Shown here piece by piece: positions 25,701 to 36,300 of a stretch of DNA of 64,000 nucleotides. Both the position numbers and the translations under genes were made by a program. Source of the stretch: Ptychomitrium polyphyllum (Eukaryota); the NCBI GenBank assembly GCA_973851085.1, contig OZ316775.1, forward strand, positions 11,160,001-11,224,000. The letters run 5' to 3'. The notes beneath the pieces were generated by a model that had not been told where the DNA came from, did no database searches, and saw only the letters and a list, made by a program, of their open reading frames with translations. Position 1 is the first letter of the stretch, and each line of letters starts with the position of its first letter.

Positions 25701-27545
25701 TATCTTTGTTGCAGTATAAACTACCAGCAAAATAATTGGATGGATTTCTTATCTTTGGCAAAATTTGCTTACAACAATATGATGCATTCTTCAACAACTC
25801 AAAGTCCATTCTTTGCAAACTATGGCTATTATTCTTGAATAGACCCTTTTCAAATCAAGCATGTTGGAAGTTTTATAGCAGAAGATTTTCCAACTTAAGC
25901 ATGTTGGAAGTCTTGCGATAGAGGATTTTGCAAAATCACCAAGTTAAGTTGCAAATAGAGGATTTTGCAAAATTCAACCAAGTTGAGTTGCAATAGAGGA
26001 TTTTGCAAAATTCACCAAGAACTTGCTTTGCAGTTACAACAAGCTCAAGATTGTTACAAAACTTATATAAATCGCCATAGAAAAGGACCATCCAAAGTTC
26101 AAGATTGGAGATAGTATATGCCTCCTACGACGAAACATATAAACAAAAAGATTGTCAAAGAAGCTAGACTATTGAAGACTAAGACCGTTTGAAATCAACA
26201 AACAAATAAATCCAATTAATTATTGTCTCAAACTACCACCAGCTATGCAAGTTCATCCAATGTTTTACATACCTTTGTTAGAAATTTACAACAAGTCATG
26301 TATACTAGAGAGGGTTATTCTTCCGTCTCCTCCAATGCAAATCAATAATGAAATGGAACATGAAGTCAAAGAAATTTTAGATTCACACATAAAAAATGAA
26401 CATGTATAATACCTTATACAGTGGCAAGGATATGGTATCAATGACTAAATATGAAAACCTTTGATGAACGTAACAAATCCAACTGAGAAGGTATGCAAAT
26501 TTTATCAACGATATCTTTAGTAACTAGGTCAGTAATGACATATTATCAATAGCCATTAGCTTCACAGAAAAGTTTTTCCATAAACAAATATAAGAAGGGA
26601 GGAGAGATATCCAAACCTCTAATTGTATACAACATTATTTCCAAAATAGATCATCTCTAAATCCTAGATAGTATGTCAAATCTTTATGTTATCATGGATA
26701 TGTGTGAAGAACAGTTGGCCATACCTTCTTCAATAGGAGTACCTATTGACCAACTCAACTTTCTCAACCTTCAATACTGAAAGATCTAAGCTAAAATATG
26801 AGATAAACATTCCAACGTCAAATACGATCTTGTATAGAAGTATTGGCCAATCGCCCTTTGCGTTCTAGTCTTGATTCAGGTGCTTGAGCTCTAATCACCT
26901 TGTTAGAAGTTGAAAGAATCATTCTTGGAGAATCGAAGATCTTATTTAGAGGATGTTTTGAAAGACTTAATCAACATCAGATCTTGAGCTAGGACACTTC
27001 AACAATAGAAGTCTTGGCTAGGAATTAGTGTTGTTTCTTGTAAGGACTTGTTGAATTAGTGAATAAAGAACATCAAGCAGAATATATTGCTCTCTTCTTC
27101 AACAAATTTAGGAAATTGTGGAGATGTGATGAGCAAACTATAAGAAGAGCTCGTCATGGAATTTGTTGCTAAAGGAGGAAGTGATGTCACTAACATGGAT
27201 CATGCAACATAATCTTTAAATTCTTCTAGAACCTTTTGGTATATTGTAGTAGTTTTTTAGAATATTTTCAACATCTCCATAGCCGTTTCTATCACCTTGG
27301 GAAACTTCCTAAGAAGAATCTTCTATCTTAAGAAATTTCCAAAGAAGGTTCCAACTCCTTGGAAGCTCCTTAAAAAGGTTCCACCATCTTGGAAAACTTC
27401 TTGGGAAGGTTCTATAAACTTTTAAAACATTTTTAAGCTTTGGAAGAAACAAGAAGCAGAGACAAAGTGTTTTTTAAGAATTAGCTTCCAAAGAGCTAAT
27501 GATTAACAAGAATTGATATAAAGACTAAAATAAAGGCAAGATACA
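22725..27545 (+). mobile_element. Degenerate Ty3/gypsy chromovirus (RT-RNaseH-integrase-chromodomain, PPT, partial 3' LTR)
   Basis: KIDL..YNFVRIK..DEWKT..RYGHFEYNVMSFGLT/NAPTVFQ..YLDG (RT); NYDIHNKDL..YTDHKNL (RNase H); CNTC..SMDFIT..DGQTK (integrase); HEVKEILDSH..YLIQWQGYG (chromodomain, ~26350-26520); purine tract AAAGGAGGAAGTGA followed by TGTCAC at 27185. Many stop codons. Confidence 0.9.
22851..23993. mobile_element. Solo LTR (1143 bp) inserted in the gypsy RT
   Basis: Inverted termini TGTCGC...GCGACA, flanked by a 5-bp direct repeat TTACT (22846-22850 and 23994-23998). Removing it restores the RT motif FGLT-NAP. GC content is higher than the host element. Confidence 0.9.
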
Positions 27546-27958
27546 CAAATTAAATCAAATTTGTAAGATCACAATGCAAAATAAAAGTAGCAATTATTTT
27601 TAAATATTATTTTTAATTTGGTATTGACAACTAATACCTTATTATTTTCTTATTGCATTTTGAAAAGTACTCATAAAATTGATAAATACCACTTTAAATT
27701 CTAATTTTTAAAATTCGCTTGTTTAATGTAGTTAAACAAAGATATTTTTTAATTAAAAATCTTATAATAAAAATTCAAAATAAATAAGAATCATTTATGT
27801 ATATTAATATAGACATATATGCTTTATATTGTTATTATTATAAGACATATAGTCTTCTTAAAACCTATTATCATCCGTAAAGTCATCGTTGCTTATAAGT
27901 TATCATCCAATAGTGGATGAATTCTGTCTGGACTCACGGTGACTTCCTTGAAATGAAG

Positions 27959-28020
27959 TTAGGGTTTCGGTGTATTGAGACGACTCTCCAGTTCTGCAAC
28001 GGCGCCAGGATTAGGGTTTG
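27959..28020 (+). promoter_or_regulatory. Telo-boxes (TTAGGGTTT) upstream of the snoRNA cluster
   Basis: TTAGGGTTT at ~27959 and ~28011 at the AT-to-GC transition. Telo-boxes are typical of plant ribosome-biogenesis and snoRNA promoters. Confidence 0.55.
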
Positions 28021-28572
28021 GCGCTCGCAGCCGCTGGCGAGCACTCTCTTCTCTACTTATTGTGCTCCCCACCAAGTCTTCCTCAAGTATTCTCTTCTAG
28101 TTCCCGGTTGGGGGCTTTTCTTCCCCTCTAGGTTTATGACACATGCAACTCTGTCTTTCCTGTTTTTCTATCAGCTCATTGGCCTCCGGTATCTGGTGCG
28201 GTGAGCATGCTTCGCTATGTAACGACCCCCACCTCGTAAGCGTGGCCTATATGGATCGTTTCAGGCGCGACGTGGGTTGGGTTGTCCCTCTGCCATTACT
28301 TATGTCCTGAGCATATTCTAATCTCCTTCTGAACTTGAGCGTAGTTGGTGTCTTCTTACAGCGGTTTTTCTTATTTCTAGGGTTGTTGTTGCGTTTCTGG
28401 AGGTGCTTTTAGGGTTGTTTCTTCTGGCCGAGGATGGTTACCTCTATGGGCGCAGTTGTGGGCGGTGCTGGGACCTTGTTTGACAAGGAGAACCTCCTCA
28501 GTATGCCGCCTGCATTTCTGTGACGCGAAACTGTAAACTGAGGCCTTATGATATCTGAGAACGTTATGTGAA

Positions 28573-28655
28573 CGAAGCCGGTGATGAAGATTATATCCGA
28601 AAACTTCTGATTCCTTTGATGTTTAACATATCACCATCTTTCGACTGAGGCTTCG
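28573..28655 (+). ncRNA. Box C/D snoRNA, U51/snR39-like (25S Am807-equivalent), copy 1
   Basis: Terminal stem CGAAGCC/GGCTTCG, C box GTGATGA at 28581, D' CTGA at 28607, C' TGATGT, D CTGA at 28645. Guide TCACCATCTTTCG is complementary to conserved 25S CGAAAGAUGGUGA. Confidence 0.85.
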
Positions 28656-28782
28656 GGTTCTATATTGATGAGTGGTTTTCGTCGTCGGTGTAGAATGCTG
28701 GTGGAGATAAATTTCAGAGAACTTCTCTGAAATACTTGCCCTAGTCTTTCTATACTGGAGTTTTTCGTTACTATAAGTTTGA

Positions 28783-29027
28783 TGACGGGAGTAACATCCT
28801 TGGCGGGGTGTTGCTCTGACATTGTGGAGCGACCATCTGCATCCCTGTGATGCGCTTGTGGTCGTAGAGTCTTTTGTTAACGTCAAAGAATGATGTGGTC
28901 ATTCGATGTTGTTTTTCAGTCTTCGGACCGAGGAATATATTGGATGATTCAGAGTTGCATATTCCATTGCCCTAGGGAGCAGCATCGCTGCAATTACTCT
29001 TTGGGACAGACCATGCCACTGACAGCT
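28783..29027 (+). ncRNA. Long box H/ACA snoRNA, candidate U17/snR30 homologue, copy 1
   Basis: 5' domain closed by TGACG/CGTCA, H box AAAGAA 28885-28890. 3' hairpin has an internal loop with m1-like ATATTCCA (28959-28966) and m2-like AGACCAT (29008-29014). ACA at 29022-29024 lies exactly 7 nt after m2. Confidence 0.75.
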
Positions 29028-29091
29028 TTGTACACCAAAGTGTTGCGATTGCCCTCTGCCTAGACAGACTCTTGCTCAACCAAACTGTAAG

Positions 29092-29180
29092 GAGACCAAT
29101 GATTACAACTCATCAAAATACCATCTTTCGGATCGTATACACCTTCGGGTGATGACGATTTTGTTACGTATGATGGTCTT
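29092..29180 (+). ncRNA. Probable box C/D snoRNA with degenerate boxes (snoR39BY/snR39B-like?)
   Basis: Terminal stem GAGACCA/TGGTCTT, C-like ATGATTA, C' GTGATGA at 29149, D-like ATGA. Antisense ACCATCTTTCGG matches 25S CCGAAAGAUGGU. Confidence 0.5.
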
Positions 29181-29210
29181 CAGATATGGTTTCCTAGTTG
29201 TATTTCTCAT

Positions 29211-29349
29211 GTCCTGTACAAAAAGCAGAGGTTATTGATAAGCCATGAGCTGATCTCTCGTCAGTTACAGGTATACTATATGCACCATCTTTAGGTGGTG
29301 AGCCACTGCCTTTCTGATGGCAAGGGGTTCAATCCATGGTGCTACACAT
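29211..29349 (+). ncRNA. U65: Box H/ACA snoRNA U65/snR34-like (two 25S pseudouridines)
   Basis: Hairpin 1 CCTGTA..TACAGG, H box ATACTA at 29273, hairpin 2 GCACCAT..ATGGTGC, ACA at 29344. Pockets CAAAAAGC/CGTC and GGTG/CAATCC bracket 25S GACG-Psi-U-GCUUUUUG and GGAUUG-Psi-U-CACC, each 14 nt from its box. Confidence 0.85.
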
Positions 29350-29372
29350 TTACGTCTTTCAGCATGTGCTTG

Positions 29373-29452
29373 GAGCCGATGATGAAGACAATATCCGAAA
29401 ACTTCTGATTTCTTTGATGTTTAACATATCACCATCTTTCGACTGAGGCCTC
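29373..29452 (+). ncRNA. Box C/D snoRNA, U51/snR39-like, copy 2
   Basis: Near-identical to 28573-28655: ATGATGA at 29379, D CTGA at 29443, same guide. Confidence 0.85.
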
Positions 29453-29474
29453 TTAATTTGTCTAGGAACTATTT

Positions 29475-29562
29475 GGCGAAGGCTGTGTGATGATAAAATA
29501 CATAGACCTGTTCTGAAACTGTATGTTGAACAAACATGCACTACCAACTGACAGCCTTCGCC
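29475..29562 (+). ncRNA. Dual-guide box C/D snoRNA (18S Gm1428-equivalent via D', 18S Um1269-equivalent via D; U25/snR56-like plus U33/snR55-like)
   Basis: Long terminal stem GGCGAAGGCTG/CAGCCTTCGCC, C box GTGATGA at 29487, D' CTGA at 29513, D CTGA at 29548. Guides CATAGACCTGTT (vs 18S AACAGGUCUGUG) and CATGCACTACCA (vs 18S UGGUGGUGCAUG). Confidence 0.88.
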
Positions 29563-29590
29563 CGGTCTTCGGAAATTTTATGTCAACAAC

Positions 29591-29843
29591 GACGGGGGTG
29601 GTATCCTTGGCGGGATTCTACTCTAACTGTGTGGAGCGACTATTCGCATCCTTGTGATGCACTTGTGGTCGTAGAGTCCATTGTAAACGTCACAGAACGA
29701 CGGTCTCACATGAGGAAGCTTTTGTTCATACGTGAGCGAAGGAATATTCATGTGAAAGCGAGGTTGCATATTCCATCGCCCTGGAGAGCAGCGTCGCTGC
29801 CATTACTCTTTGGGACAGACCATGCCACTTTTATGAGACAGTG
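29591..29843 (+). ncRNA. Candidate U17/snR30 homologue, copy 2 (3' box displaced)
   Basis: Paralogue of 28783-29027: H box ACAGAA at 29692, ATATTCCA at 29768, AGACCAT at 29817. No ACA at +7; the nearest ACA is at 29838. Confidence 0.6.
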
Positions 29844-29857
29844 CTTCCAAGAGTAAT

Positions 29858-29943
29858 GAGAAATGATGAGCATTCATATCCGTTACCACTCTGAAAGATT
29901 ACATGTGGACGAACTATCAAACCATGGCTGTGGTTCTGATCTC
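29858..29943 (+). ncRNA. Box C/D snoRNA
   Basis: Stem GAGA/TCTC, C box ATGATGA at 29863, D' CTGA at 29891, D CTGA at 29936. Guides CCGTTACCAC (vs 18S GUGGUAACGG) and TGGCTGTGGTT (vs 25S AACCACAGCCA). Confidence 0.82.
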
Positions 29944-30956
29944 TACTCTTTGATATGAACTTGTGTTTTAAAATTTGATCACAGATCTACCATCGCTGAA
30001 AGGGGATGCGGACGGAACATTATACCCGGCTGTGGTTCCGGTCTGATGTCGGCTAAATGTTTTCAAATTCTGGTGACGGGAAACATTATATACATCAAGT
30101 GATTTACTTATAAGAACGTAAAAGCCTTAGTTCATGTTCCCCCAGGACATTATAGTTTTCTTTTCGTCTTAGCCACGAAGTTACACACCAATGAAGGTTC
30201 ATCAAAGTTCATTCTGTATACACTCAAAGCAATCGGCATAGCTTACCATCAATCTGAACCGTACTTTGGAACACGAAAATTTTACATTTCTACTTTGCTC
30301 ATAAAAATATAGTGAGATGTTGATAATTACCTGGTGGGAACTTACGAATGTAGTCGCACATTCTACGAAGGTAAAAGGAAATACATGTCGAATTAAGATC
30401 GACATTCCAATTCAATCTTGTATTGAAAAATAGACAGACATCAGTAATACTTTTCTTCTTGGACCTTGTAAACCATTCGACTTAGAATCTGGACTGTCTA
30501 CTTCGGCGAGAACCTAGGCTATTCTCAATGTCTTTGACAACTGCAACTGAGCACGGAAACACTGTCTGCCACCTGTATATTACATTGTGGTACCTATATT
30601 GAATGGTGGAAGGCACCTCTATAGGACACTGGTGCCATGTTGTTTGTAACATAGTACGTTTGAAATATATATTGTGCTAAATATATGCAAAATTATTATG
30701 AAACCTTAATTTAATTGTTGAATGAAACCCTCCATATACCTCCTAATTTTCAAAAGCACGTCCTAGTAACAGGTCACTTATTTAGCCTATTTGATCAAAT
30801 AACCTCTTAGATTTAGCCTATAGACTTAGTCAATTTTACATTTAAACTTCATTTTTGACTTAATACACAAAAGTTCCCAGTATACTCTGATTGGGTGACT
30901 CGGTTGGAATAACACTTTTGTACCGTTTGGTGTGAGTTTATACCTTCAAGAGAGAG

Positions 30957-31116
30957 ACGGTGATGAACAAGCATCGGCAAGAATCAGCACGGTGATGAAC
31001 AAGCATCGGCAAGAATCAGCACGGTGATGAACAAGCATCGGCAAGAATCAGCACGGTGATGAACAAGCATCGGCAAGAATCAGCACGGTGATGAACAAGC
31101 ATCGGCAAGAATCAGC
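30957..31116. repeat. Perfect 32-bp minisatellite x5 (ACGGTGATGAACAAGCATCGGCAAGAATCAGC)
   Basis: Five identical head-to-tail units with no spacers. Confidence 0.97.
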
Positions 31117-31368
31117 ATGTTAAAACTGACGGAGTTTTCTAAATCCATTGAAATTTCAAATTGATTAAGATCTCTAAAGCAATGAAGACTTTTAAGTTAC
31201 AAGAGGTTGACTCAGGAATAAGGAGCAACTCAAACAGAAGAGGGAGTGCAAACCTTTTTTAGCAATCTGCAATGAGCAGACCACCAAGAGCACAACAAAA
31301 CGAAAACCAGACCACACTACCCTCATGAGGCGCGCGAATAATTGTACAAGGCAGCTCCATGTACAGTA

Positions 31369-31442
31369 TGCTTCCACTGAGAGTTGAACTCAGGACCTCC
31401 CGCTTACTAAACGGGTGCTCTAGCCAACTGAGCTATAGAAGC
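31369..31442 (-). tRNA. tRNA-Thr(AGT)
   Basis: GCTTCTATAGCTCAGTTGGCTAGAGCA-CCCGT TT AGT AA GCGGG-AGGTCCTGAGTTCAACTCTCAGTGGAAGCA folds as a full cloverleaf. Confidence 0.93.
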
Positions 31443-32350
31443 TAGGCAATCTCTTGATGGCGGTTGGAGATTTGGGTTATTTGTTTACATTTCTAACTCA
31501 GATGTTAGACGAGATCTCTTCCAGCTAACAAGGCCTTAAGCGACGACATCAACATAAGAGATGTGTAACTTGTTTTTGCATTTACTACGGCGTTATCATC
31601 CTTAACGGGTTGAGAAAAATAGCTATTTGCAGCAACAGTCTGGGATCGTTTCTGCATGTGGAAATGGAGTAACACTGATTTTATTGCAAAGGCTTTGGTG
31701 TCAGAAACCTTGATCTCCTGACACCGTGATCCTAAGTGGCGTCCTCAATCGTAGCCTATGTGGCGGTTGCTACCGATGAAAATTACCTCACATATGAGCT
31801 CAAAGATAATAGACACGTCGGAGATGAGCAGAAGAGATGCACACTTGACACACTTTCACCAACTTCTATAACGGTAGACCAAAAGCTACGGTTAAGAGAC
31901 TCTCCTGCAACCTGGTGGAACATGCTACGGAGTGCAGTGCTACTGCAACATAGCATAGTGCACGTTTAGCTCAGACAAAAGAAACATATAGGTGTCAATT
32001 TCATACACAGCATCAAACCAACATAGGTTTTGAGGAAGAGCCTAGGTGTAAAACCTGGTGCAACATGTAAATTTGCGGTGGAACTCCAACAAGAGTCCTT
32101 TAGAGTAGGCAATATCCAAGTCTCATGTCCAGTTTACACACAACAGAAAGAAACATGTACACGTGGATAAGCACCAGCAACTACTGTGCGTCCGGGTTGG
32201 TGAAGTGCGAAACGTGTCTGCATTTCGAAATCAAACGATAAAGCTGACTTCGACGACAACTAGCCCGTGTAACATACAGGCTTCTGAAAAATATAGTTGA
32301 GGGTACACGATTAATATCGCCGGCAGCCTGAACCCAAAGAAGGACTCCTC

Positions 32351-32422
32351 AGGTCCCACCGAGATTCGAACTCGGGTATTTGGATTCAAAGTCCAAAGTC
32401 GTAACCACTGGACCATGGGACC
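32351..32422 (-). tRNA. tRNA-Gln(TTG)
   Basis: GGTCCCATGGTCCAGTGGTTACGACT-TTGGA CT TTG AA TCCAA-ATACCCGAGTTCGAATCTCGGTGGGACCT. Confidence 0.93.
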
Positions 32423-33373
32423 GGAAGTAACGAAGAGAGAATGATTCTCTGTTTTAGAATTTTTGCACAAAAATAAAGAGAATATTTTGACAGAAAGAAA
32501 GTAAATACAAGGAACTCTCAGTTGCACAACAACTTCTGTGAATGAAGTGTGTGTGTATCTATTATTTTATTTTTTCGACTAAACAAGAATTTTTTGGTCT
32601 AATTAAAAAAAATCTGTAATTAAAAGATAATGTGTGATTGATTTAAAATTCATCTCATACGGCCATTTCATAATTCTCAAGCTCATGGCGGAAATAGATT
32701 AAGGTAGTCTATGAAGTTGAATCCTGTTAAAGTGTAAACAAAGTTCGTATGTTAACAAAGTTCGTTGTTGTTTTTCATTTGAATATATTTTTGTGTGTTA
32801 AGTAAATTATTTCAACGACATTGTGTAGAAGTGTGGATTACATTGATTCTACAGAGCCCTGCTAGTTTGGAAATCAAAAGCTAAACTACAATCTTTTAAA
32901 TTACACACAATATATTCTACATTATATAGAAGTTCAACCGTGGCTGTAAAACCACAACTGGACAAACCGATCTGATATGAACCCGACTCTTTATGCCATC
33001 ATAAGCACCATCTTCAGTCTATTGTGGACGTGATCTTATTTTCTTACCGTGCATAACTCCACTTCTCTTGTTTTGATAATAAACTGCTCCTAAAATCTCT
33101 TCTCAACAGTTTGCCAACGAGGTTGCTGGACATACTTCGGTACCATAAGCTGCCGACATAGAGTAGTGTGAAAAAACAATTGTACCAGTCAGGAGAAAGG
33201 CTATCAAGTGCAACAGAGAGTTCAGTTGCACCTGATGTGGTCATTATTTCTTCAAATTATGAATCTGAGAGAGCACTGCTTATTATAAAGTTATCACCTG
33301 TTTCACTGGGATTGGCATGGACTTTGATATTGGTTCAATATTTAGAGCAAAGCATGATTTATATCATTATGCA

Positions 33374-36300
33374 TCACCCAGTTCTGGATCTCTTAAGTAC
33401 CATGTTGTAAGGAGGTCCTGAACCTCCACCTTTAGGATTATCACTAAGCAACTTTAAATCGGCTTTACACGAGTTCCGGCAATCACAACTCTGACGTACC
33501 TCCCATGGATTTTGTCCAATTAGCCTACCTTCACCTGTATAGGTCACAGAATGTTCTTCGTTCTCGTGCAAGCTGCCAGCGCACATAGTTCCTTGATCAT
33601 GGTGTTTGGGACACTGGGTATATTTCCAAGGACCTGTGGACTCCTTAGGGTCGAAGCTGCCTTTCAACAAAGATTTATTGGAGTTATTGCCTGAAGCATT
33701 CGGTTGCCCAGGGAAATGCTGCCAGTCATTTTTATTGATCCTTGTTGACGAATAAGGGTCCCTGGTGATGATCATTTGATGGCACACGGGTATGTTTTGC
33801 TCCTCAAACTGCTTCATGTATACAGAGCTCTTTCGCAAAGTCGACGGCTTCCTCACCGTTGGCTTGACTCTCTTGTGACCATCGTTTAGTGGGGCTTTCC
33901 TCAAGATCTTCAGTGGCATTCTTGTAGGGTCGGCTCCTCTCCCAGAAATCACCCATCTGCAGAAGAAGCAATCGCTTCTTGCCTAAATATACGGCCAGAA
34001 ACTTTGATTCTTAGTTCATACCATATTAAGCTTGCAATACTTGACTTAAAAACAAGCAAGTGACAACACTCCATTAGTTTCATATGAAAAAGTGAGAATT
34101 TCCGAAAGTTATGATAGGCTACAGTATTGAAAATAACGCTGCAGTCACCTAGACCTACAGAACCGACTCGTTGTTTGGCTTAAGGAAGTGAAGATAAACA
34201 CTAAGCCAATTCCAGCCATTCTTGTCGCCATAACCATTTGATAGTTGCTGAAAACTTACACATTCCAAAGGTGCTTCATCCGCAATGCATGATCCTCAAT
34301 TGCTGCCACACACTGACGCAAACCTTATTTGTCAGTTCTCATTTTCAAATCTTTTTGGAAACAATGCTCTTCACATACGAGGTTACTATCCACGATGGGA
34401 AGGTTTCAATGAGACTGAACAGAGATGGAAATGAAAATCTTATAACTTTGCTACCACACGTATATCATCCAAACAAAAGGTACAGATAATATAAATAACA
34501 TATTATTGGAAGAATGTATTACTAGTCAGTCAAAAAATTGGTAGGTTGATTACCTCTGGCCATGGTTGGATGGCAGGGTAGAGAAACAGGTGTTCCCAGC
34601 AAACGAAGTTTGCAGACATTATGTTATGTTCTACCTGTTAGAAGATGTACTATTAAGTATATGGCTGCACTATGCTTTCTTAAAAGAATCATCTCAGTCA
34701 CTATCAGTTTAGCATAGGATAAAGGAGAGGAGAATTCATAGTGCACAAAAGACATCCCAGCGTAGATGCTTGGCAAATGCAGAATGCCTACTTGCGGGGT
34801 AATGGTAGCAGTCAAAAAGATGATCGGAAGATTATTATCTTACCGGAAGGCCAATTTGAAGATTTAGTATTGTGTGGTCACTTTCTTCGTATGCTGTTTT
34901 GAAGTCTTCAATAATACTCGACATGCTGAACATGCCAGATGCTTATGTGTTACAATTTTCTTCAATATGTTTCTCAAAACTCCAAGCTTAATTATTTTTA
35001 GGGAGAAAAACATGAACTCGGATATAAAAATGTTTTTTAATAAATCATATTAAAGCTAAAAGTGAGTACAACAGGCAATTTGATTTCTGAAAACCCTTGC
35101 TTATGATGCCTTGCTGTAGTTAAAAGCATTAAATGTTGTAACGTTTGGCACAGCGTTTATTTGCTCAAAAGCTCAGAAGCGGAAGATTCAAACATACCAA
35201 AACCTGTAATTAGTATTTCAAGTAAATGGTCCCAATTACCTATCATAACAGATTTCCTTGTTCATAAGATCCGGGCTTCTACTTATTCCAAACGCCCCAT
35301 ACTTGCCCTTGTGCTGCACCAGCAGGACAACGTGCTGAAACACCTGTTCGATCTCATACAAAGCATACCACATGTAAAAATCAGTGTTCGATGTCTCACA
35401 CCAGACATGCCACGTGTCAAACTATACAACAACGCGCCCAATGATGTGATAATATGATAAAAGTTGCGTGAAAAGTGCAATAAACAGTACCTGATTTGCA
35501 AATTGTGTTTTGAACCCAAGTGGTATGCGCTCTACTGATTGAAGACCAGCCTACAAGACAAGAATCAGACAATCTGGTTCATCAGACGTTTGTTGCTTTT
35601 CAAGTCTAATTTAGATTTCAATTCAACCTTAGCTCTAAGTTTGCATTCCGATCAGTAAATTACGGCAAGATTGAATGAACTTACAGTAAGATAGAGTGCA
35701 ATAAACACTGCCTCCACACACTTGATCGGCTCCGGCTGGTAAATAATCTGCAGTGCAATCGGTAAGACTGAGTTACATTCAATATTTGATTACAGAACCA
35801 TATTTCATCGGACATGTGTGCTGCACTCTTTATTTATAGCCTCATGTAAAATGTTTACGCACCCAGACTAAGTAGATTAAAGACTGTGGTACAACTCAAC
35901 ATGAAAGTCTAATAAAAAATTACACAAAATTTCTGCCGTGTAGAGACTCCACATAGGTTCACAAGCTTCCCCAATAGAGTGCAACATAATAATATTTGGT
36001 CTATAAAGAAAACCGAAATTCGCGGAGTGACATGACAAAGAAAACATCGATGTACCAGTTTTGCAGTTGCCATGAGACCTGACAGGGGCCGCAGCTTCTT
36101 GACCTGGAAGTTCGACATCGTGTTTAGCCTGTACTCGAAGTCATTCAGAAACTGTTCCACCAGCACCCAAAAAACATCACTTGCAGAATTCACTCTAGTA
36201 TCCTGAATGGAAGAGAACATACAAGATTAATAGTACTCCAGTAGTCTCTTCGATCTCCTGGCAACAAGGTTTGGACCATTACTCTGACACGTATATACGA

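Noticed and set aside
28240..28320. Hairpin TCAGG..CCTGA as an additional H/ACA snoRNA
   Set aside because: No clear upstream hairpin plus H box, and no target recognised.
30957..31116. CRISPR-like array
   Set aside because: Units are contiguous with no unique spacers, there are no cas genes, and the context is eukaryotic.
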